Part shown: positions 57,001-64,000 of the stretch, in pieces
Numbering within the stretch: position 1 is the stretch's first letter
Layout of the letters: each line of letters begins with the position of its first letter
From: Podarcis erhardii
Taxonomy: Eukaryota
NCBI GenBank assembly: GCA_964252035.1
Contig: OZ176203.1
DNA: 64,000 nucleotides
Direction: 5' to 3' (one strand)
Position numbers and translations under genes: made by a program
The notes under the pieces: generated by a model
What the model saw: the letters and a program-made list of their open reading frames with translations, nothing else
Databases searched by the model: none
Told to the model about the DNA's origin: nothing

Positions 57001-58859
57001 AACATGCTTGAATGAGCCTGAGCTAAGCCTTTCGCTCTCATATGTACCCTCTGTTTTCCTCCTGCCATGCAGATAAGGACTTCTGCAGCAGTTAGCTATA
57101 TTCCCACAGAATCTTGGGTTGTCACATCATACCAAAAAAGAAAAAAAGAAGAGATGGTCATTTAAAATGATCTCTGGTTAATTAATGAAAGAAGCTTCAC
57201 AACCCATGGTTTGAAAGTGACTGATACAACATTGGTATGGTTTCATCTGTGGGTTTGTAGCAAGTTGATCTACATCTCTGCAGTTCCACTATAAGTAGCA
57301 TAAACTCTTAAGAGAAAAATGCTGTACTTGATGCATGTGTGTCATATTTTGCTGTTCCCCTCTTTTTAATACATTTTTTTTCTATTCTGTGTGTCTTTTC
57401 TTTAAAATATGCATACTCCTATGATCTCCATTTTTGCATAATGTCCCATTACAATTTGGAGTAGGCTGCAGTTGCCAACCGCAAAGCTTTTCTTCAAGTA
57501 CAACTACCTCCAGAATACCACAGTGGTGGTATGATGGGCAAAGTATGTATCATTCTATTATTTCCCTGAATGTTCTGTAAGTGTGGCTGTGCTCTATACT
57601 GCTTTTTCTGCTATGCTTTTGAAAGCATTATTGCCCTGATATTTCAAAACGACGTTGAGGGCCCTTCCAGATGTACTTTCTATTGCACATGCATGACTTC
57701 CTATGCTTGTGAATCTGTCAGTATGGTCACGTACAATCCTGCTTTCAATATTGTTTATGCCTGCAAAAGGTTTCGGGTGGTCAAACAGCTTCACTTCCAG
57801 TCAGTGCGTATCCTGTAGTTTTATGGTGAAATCCCATAACTTTTTATACCACAATGTTGTGGTTTATTTTTGTCCCGCTTTGGTTGCACTTTACTTCCTC
57901 TGGATAGCAATAATGTAGTTGCATTGGGAAACCATCACAAAACAAACTAAAGCAGAATAAGTCCTCCACTAATGCAGTGTTATTGTGTCAAGGACATGTT
58001 GCAGAATATATCCGCAATCAAACACCCATCTGGAGGGCCCCTTGGTTATCTCTTTGATTTCAAAATAGTTTGTTGTTTAGTCAGTATTATTTAGTTTACA
58101 TCTCTGCTCCTCTCTGCTTTCTTACATTAAGCTCCTAGCATGAGAGCCTCTGCTATATGACTCCTTCCCACACTGCGTGAGAAGCCAGGGGCCAAACTTC
58201 CTCCCCATTTTGATATTGTCCCATCTTCCCCACATGACATGGGGGAGAGCTACCACCCATGTTACCCAGTGGTAACTGCAGTGCCTCTCATGCTATCAGT
58301 GTGTTGTCATATTCTTGTTTAGATGGAAAATACTAATAACAAGCACAATTTTAAAATATAACTTCATTGCAGATCAGCTATTTAGGTGATTTTTTTTTAC
58401 CTAGTATCAAACATGTCTTACTCCTTAATGTTACTGATTTAAATTGAAATCCTGAGCATGCTCCCACAGGCAATGCATTTAATAACTTTAAAGTCATTTT
58501 AACAAATGGTGTTTGCCCATGCTTTGCAGTTATTTCTAATGAATGGTTCCTGCCTTGTCTTTGCTGTGCAGTTATGTTTTTCCTTTATTACACTTTATGT
58601 TAATACAGTGGGTAGAACATTTGAATTACAGTGTACCGCATTGTAGCTGAACAAGCTACCTTTTAGTTTTCCTTCTTGGGAGAACATTTTTTCTTGCATC
58701 CACATTCTACTTTTTTCAATGGAAAAGTGACCCTTTGTGCTTGAAGAAAATTCTTGTATATTTACTGCAATGGAAATAATACATGAAAGCTCAACATTTT
58801 GTTTCCTTTACTTAGCACAAGTTAGGCTTAAGACCGGGGTATTTATATGACTGCATTCT

Positions 58860-59155
58860 CTTACATGAACCTGCCCAGCAATTAAGATGGACCTCAAAGG
58901 CCCTCTTCCCTGTTGTCCCACCAACTTCAGTAAGACTGGTGGTGACCAGAAATTGGACCTTCTCAGTCGTAGCACCCTGTTGATGGAGTCCTCTTCTCAG
59001 TGAGGCTCACCTGGTGCCATCTATTTTCTTTTCGGCCTTGGGTACAATTTCATTTCCCTGTGCTTTTCAATATTACCTCTTAGTGCTGTTTTTAAGCTTC
59101 TGCTGAACTTTTGGTTCTAGTGCTGCTTTTTTTGTTGTGATTACTGTGAGATGCT
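58860..59155 (+). mobile_element. Old L2 3' fragment, followed by a possible LTR-like block (about 59161-59520)
   Basis: Decayed L2 C-terminal motif (GACCTTCTCAGTCGTAGCACCC...TGGAGTCCTCT); the downstream block has a - strand AATAAA at 59351-59356 but no TSD. Confidence 0.45.
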
Positions 59156-59537
59156 TCTTCTCTTACCAGGAAGCTTGGGTTAGTGGAGGGACATGGGCAG
59201 GGACATTCCTGCCCAGCTTGTAGCCACATGTTCACCAACTAAGAAGAATCAGCCTCAAAGTTAGCTGGCAATCCAGAGAAGGGAGTTGAGGGGGCAAGAG
59301 AGAGCTCAGGGGCAGAAGAGGATACAAGTGAGTGCTTTGTGGAAAAAGAGTTTATTCAACAGGAAAAAGCTATAGCCAGTATTAATATACTTATCAATAG
59401 GGGTATACAACTAAGTAGATCAACTGTAATTGTTTGAGATAGCCTCGTGCCAGTTTTAGTTCTTTATAACAGAAGCAAGAGAAACTGAGCAAAGGATAAA
59501 CCAATCACTGAACTAGGGACATTGAAGCATGAAGAGT

Positions 59538-62199
59538 TAATAATAATAATAATAATAATAAATTTTATTTATATCCCGCCCTCCCCAGCCGAAGCCGGGC
59601 TCAGGGCGGCTAACAACACTAAAACAGTACAACATTATAAAACATTATAAAAATGGATTAAAATGAATTAAAATCAAAATTGATGGCAACCATAAACTAA
59701 AGTTTTGTAAAGATTGCCAGAGGAGGGAGTCAGGCTGCGCCCTGACCAAAGGCCAGGTGGAACAGCTCTGTCTTGCAGGCCCTGCGGAAAGATGTCAAGT
59801 CCTGCAGGGCCCTTGTCTCTTGTGAGAGAGCGTTCCACCAGGTTGGAGCCGCAGCCGAAAAAGCCCTGGCTCTAGTTGAGGCCAGCCTAACCTCTCTGTG
59901 GCTTGGGACCTTCAAGATGTTTTTATTTGAAGATCGTAAGTTCCTCTGTGGGGCATACCAGGAGAGGCGGTCCCGTAGGTACGAGGGCCCTAGGCCGTAT
60001 AGGGCTTTGAAGGTTAAAACCAGCACCTTAAACCTGATCCTGTACTCCACCGGGAGCCAGTGCAGCTGGTATAGCACCGGATGAATGTGATCTCTAAGCG
60101 AAGACCCCGTAAGGAGTCTCGCTGCAGCATTTTGCACCCGCTGGAGTTTCTGGGTCAGTCTCAAGGGCAGCCCCACGTAGAGCGAGTTACAATAATCCAG
60201 TCTGGAGGTGACCGTCGCATGGATCACAGTGGCTAGGTCAGGGCGTGAGAGGTAAGGAGCCAACTGCTTAGCTTGGCGGAGATGAAAGAATGCCGCCTTT
60301 GTTATAGCTGCAATCTGCGCCTCCATGGAGAGGGAGGTATCGAAGATTACACCCAAACTCTTAACGGACGGTGCTGGCACTAATTGCACCCCCGCAAGAG
60401 ATGGGAGTTGCCCCCTCAGCCCCCTGTCGTCCCGTCCCAGCCAGAGGACCTCTGTCTTCGAAGGATTTAACTTCAGCCGGCTCCCACGTAACCATCCAGC
60501 CACAGCCTCCAAGCATCTGATCAGTGTGTCTGGGGCAGAGTCCGGGTGGCCGTCCATCAACAGATAGAGTTGGGTGTCATCAGCATACTGATGGCAGCCC
60601 AGCCCAAAACTCCGGACAAGCTGGGCGAGGGGGCGCATAAAGATGTTAAAAAGCAGTGGGGAGAGTATTGCACCCTGGGGCACACCACACACCAAGGAGT
60701 GGCGGGATGACAATTCCCCCCCCAAGCGCCACCCTCTGTCCCCGACCGGAGAGAAACGAGCGCAGCCATTGAAGGACTGTGCCCTGGATCCCCACGTCGG
60801 CAAGGCGGTGGTCCAGGAGTTCGTGATCGACCATGTCGAAGGCTGCTGACAGGTCTAGAAGAATCAGCAGCCCCGACCCGTCTCGATCCAGCTGCCTGCG
60901 GAGATCATCTGTTAGGGCGACCAGAGCCGTCTCAGTCCCATGACCAGCGCGGAAGCCGGACTGGAATGGATCCAGAGCCGATGTTTCATCCAGAAACCTA
61001 CCAAGCTGTTCAGCAACCGCTCTCTCAATCACCTTACCCAGGAATGGAAGATTCGAAACCGGGCGGTAATTGGATAGATCTAAGGGATCTAATGATGTTT
61101 TCTTTAAGAGCGGGCGCACCACTGCCTCCTTCAGTTCCCCTGGGAATGTCCCGGTGCCAAGGGACAGATTGATGATATCCCCCAGGGGGGCCCGCACCTC
61201 GTCTGGACACGCTCTAATCAGCCAGGACGGGCACGGGTCGAGAGGACATGTGGTGGGCTTTCCAGCTCGGAGGAGTCTGTCCACATCGGCTGGGGATATC
61301 CGGTCAAAGTGGTCCAATACTGAACCCGAGGGCAGTCAAGGGGCCTCCAGTTCCTTTATTGTATCCAAATTGGCAGGGAGGTCATGGCGGAGCAACAAGA
61401 CCTTCTCCGCAAAAAAGCTCGCAAATGCCTCACAGCTGTGTGTCAAATTGTTATTTAAATTTGGCTGTCCTTCGAGGGACGTTAAAGACCGAATTATACT
61501 AAATAATTGCGCCGGGCGAGAGCTAGCGGATGCAATGGAGGCCGAGAAGTAAGACTTCTTAGCGGCCTTCACTGCCATCTCATAGGTTTTCATAAAAACC
61601 CTATAAGATGTTCTTGAGGCTCCGTCACGGGCACCCCGCCATACTCGCTCCAGCCGTCTGAGGTCCCGCTTCATTTTCCGGAGCTCCTCGGTAAACCAGG
61701 GAGCCCGGTTTCTGCGGGGTCGCAGAGGGCGCTTAGGTGCGATCTCATTGATGGCTGCCAGGAGCTGGGTATTCCAGGCCTCAACAAGCTCAGTCAATGA
61801 GTCGCCAGGGGGAGAAAGGTCCCGCAAGGCTTGACGGAATCTATCAGGGTCCATCAGCCTTTGCGGGCGAGCCCAAATTGGCTCGCCACCCAAGCAGGGT
61901 GGGGGTGGAACGTCAATCCTGGCTTTCAGGGCATAGTGATCAGACCATGGCACCTTCATCGAAGGAAACATGATCACATCTATACCGATGCCAAAGATCA
62001 AATCCAGCGTGTGGCCTGCTTGATGTGTGGGGCCCGAAACAAACTGGGAGAGCCCTAGTGTCGCCATGGAAGACACCAGGTCCAGAGCCTGCGAGGAGGG
62101 AGTGGCATCAGCATGGATGTTGAAGTCCCCCAATACCAATAGGTTAGGGAACTCCAAGGCCCAGCCGGCCACCGCCTCCAGCAGGCCTGACAGGGTCCA
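59538..62199 (-). mobile_element. 5'-truncated, young L2-clade LINE (APE C-terminus + reverse transcriptase + 3' UTR + (TTA)n tail)
   Basis: - strand ORFs carry the APE motifs LGDFNIH and SDH and the RT motifs YRPVSNLPFLGKVIERAV, QSGFRAGHGTETAL, LLDLSAAFD, GVPQGAILSPLLFNI and YADD. Only two lesions: an in-frame TGA at 61336-61338 and a +1 frameshift in the C8 run at 60716-60723. (TAA)n at 59538-59561; CpGs largely retained. Confidence 0.95.
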
Positions 62200-62439
62200 A
62201 TTCTTTTGCAAAAAGCACTATTTTCCTCTGAGCAAAACTACCAAATTACCTAATGTGTATTGTTTGCTCCCTGTGATTGATGTTTGTGTGTATTATTTCT
62301 CCAGTCTCCTTAGATACAGATATCTAAAACACTTAAGTTTATTGCTATATGGGGTTTAGGAGGTAGAGAGGGGGGTACAGTGCTTGAATTATAGAGGTAA
62401 GGGAACCCTTAATGAAATCCATGACTCGCTCTAGTGTTA

Positions 62440-62730
62440 CCATGATCAGGCCCTCATTTAAAAGTCTTGGGAAAACAGGGACTCAGAGCTCTTCTGCCTG
62501 CTGAACCCACTAAGACACTCGAACTCAGGACACAAGGGAGAAACGTGCTAACAGGAAGGCATGCTTGGCAAATCCACACCATGATCAACTCCCGCCCCAA
62601 AACCAATGTCCCCTCTGTGGAAGGACGTGTGGATCCATAATTGGCCTCTACAGTCACTTACAGACTCATTGTTAAAACCGTGCTTATGGAAGACAGTCTT
62701 ACTCTGCTACAAGTGATCGCCAAAGAAGAA
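62440..62730 (+). mobile_element. RTE-clade LINE 3' fragment
   Basis: 62607-62675 encodes CPLCGRTCGSIIGLYSHLQTHC*, the C2H2-like end of RTE ORFs; short UTR ending in GAAGAA. Confidence 0.75.
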
Positions 62731-63108
62731 TCTGAACATCAGAATAATGGTTGTGTTTATTGAGCACACCTGGTCCCCCCAAAGCCCACATGATGCCCTT
62801 ATTCAGTCCATGTAAATTACAACTGCTTGTGTCCTGAAAATTGTTGGAAGCAATGAGCTGGCAAAAACTTTTCCACATAGGAATTGGTTTTTTTTTATAA
62901 AAGCACCCCTTCATGTACTTTACATTTAGCACTGAATTGTGATGGTAATACGGAATGCTTATGTGCAGATGCAACCTACTTTTCACTCTTTGGGCTCTAT
63001 TCACAGGTTTTTAGCATACTCATCATTATAACTGTCATTCATTTCCAGTTTCTTCATTCAGATACTGTATAAGAATGAAAAGTAGCTTCCCCACAATCTC
63101 CCCTCAGT

Positions 63109-63112
<4 letters not shown>

Positions 63113-63186
<74 letters not shown>
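63113..63186. repeat. (TC)n(AC)n compound microsatellite
   Basis: Read directly. Confidence 0.97.
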
Positions 63187-64000
63187 GTGCACACACTGTT
63201 TTGATGGCATCCTAATGCTCCCTGAAGTTGCAGAATAACATAACTGTGCAAGTTGTAATTGGTAGGTGTGTTAGAACTGAACAGCCATGATCTTGATAAC
63301 CATTCTGTGCATTGTAAGGCATGGCTCTAATGGGACTGTAATGCATTGGCCAGCAGGTTGGGGATTTAGTGCTCAAATGTCAGTGTTTCAAAGGATCCCT
63401 GTGTTGAACACAAACACATCTCCCTGCTCATCAAGGAGGAGAAAAACCCTTCTCACTGTGCCCTGCTAGCATACTTTTGAACGCTCCCACACATAAATAA
63501 TGTAACATCCCATCTGACAGTTATAACAGTCATGTGATGTCCTATGTGACATTCCATCATGAAATGCACATGGAATCAGAACATGGCTATTGACCCTCAG
63601 AAACAGAGGTGTCTGTGTTATTCTAAATATTATGTGGTTCTTGGTTAGGTTAGCATTTGGTTTCTTCTTTCTCAGATCATGTTTCCATTTGGAATGGACC
63701 CTGAGGATCATCTAATCCAACCCTCAGCAATGCAGCAAAATGCAGCTGTTCCTTACGGGGATTGAACCTTCCATCTTGGTGTTATCAACACCATGCTCTA
63801 ACAAACTGAGCTATCCAGCTGATTTAGTACTTGGCCACAGCTGAGCACACTGAATGGATCCCAATGCGCCTTCCCTCCATGGTACCTGCAATTAAAGACT
63901 TGGGAACCCTCTTCCATTTGGTTGCCACAGTAGCACAAAAACAAAAAACCCACCCACAGACAGTCCACTCTTCTGCTCAACTGCCATAAGCTACAATGTT

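Overview
This is vertebrate genomic DNA from a squamate, probably a lacertid lizard (inferred from its Sauria SINE, Tigger-MITE and Penelope repeat families). The window holds two spliced genes on the + strand. The first is the 3' half of SH3KBP1 (CIN85/Ruk): 10 GT-AG exons at 286-22415 encoding 363 aa, from the end of SH3-C through the Pro-rich and Ser-rich regions to the coiled coil, followed by a long 3' UTR. The second is the 5' end of MAP3K15 (ASK3): a CpG-island promoter and exons 1-3 at 36831-48271 (182 aa); exon 4 is not in the window. From memory, the gene order and orientation match human Xp22. Introns and the intergenic region are dense in mobile elements: a near-intact 5'-truncated L2 LINE (59538-62199), Penelope-like elements, Gypsy-type solo LTRs, Sauria SINEs, Tigger and hAT MITEs, and L1, CR1 and RTE fragments. 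The main observations are these. (1) A very young palindromic Penelope insertion has 422-bp arms, a 14-bp TSD and arms that look copied from two different templates. (2) Three identical minimal dimer-type hammerhead ribozymes are oriented so that the MAP3K15 pre-mRNA appears protected while an antisense RNA could be cleaved. (3) A candidate alternative first coding exon of SH3KBP1 lies at 7019-7088. (4) SH3KBP1 has a duplicated splice acceptor and a competing perfect donor, either of which could remove the coiled coil. (5) A hAT MITE carries a telomeric G-quadruplex. (6) MAP3K15 has an in-frame uORF. Gene identities rest on my recollection of the human and mouse proteins; no database search was run.
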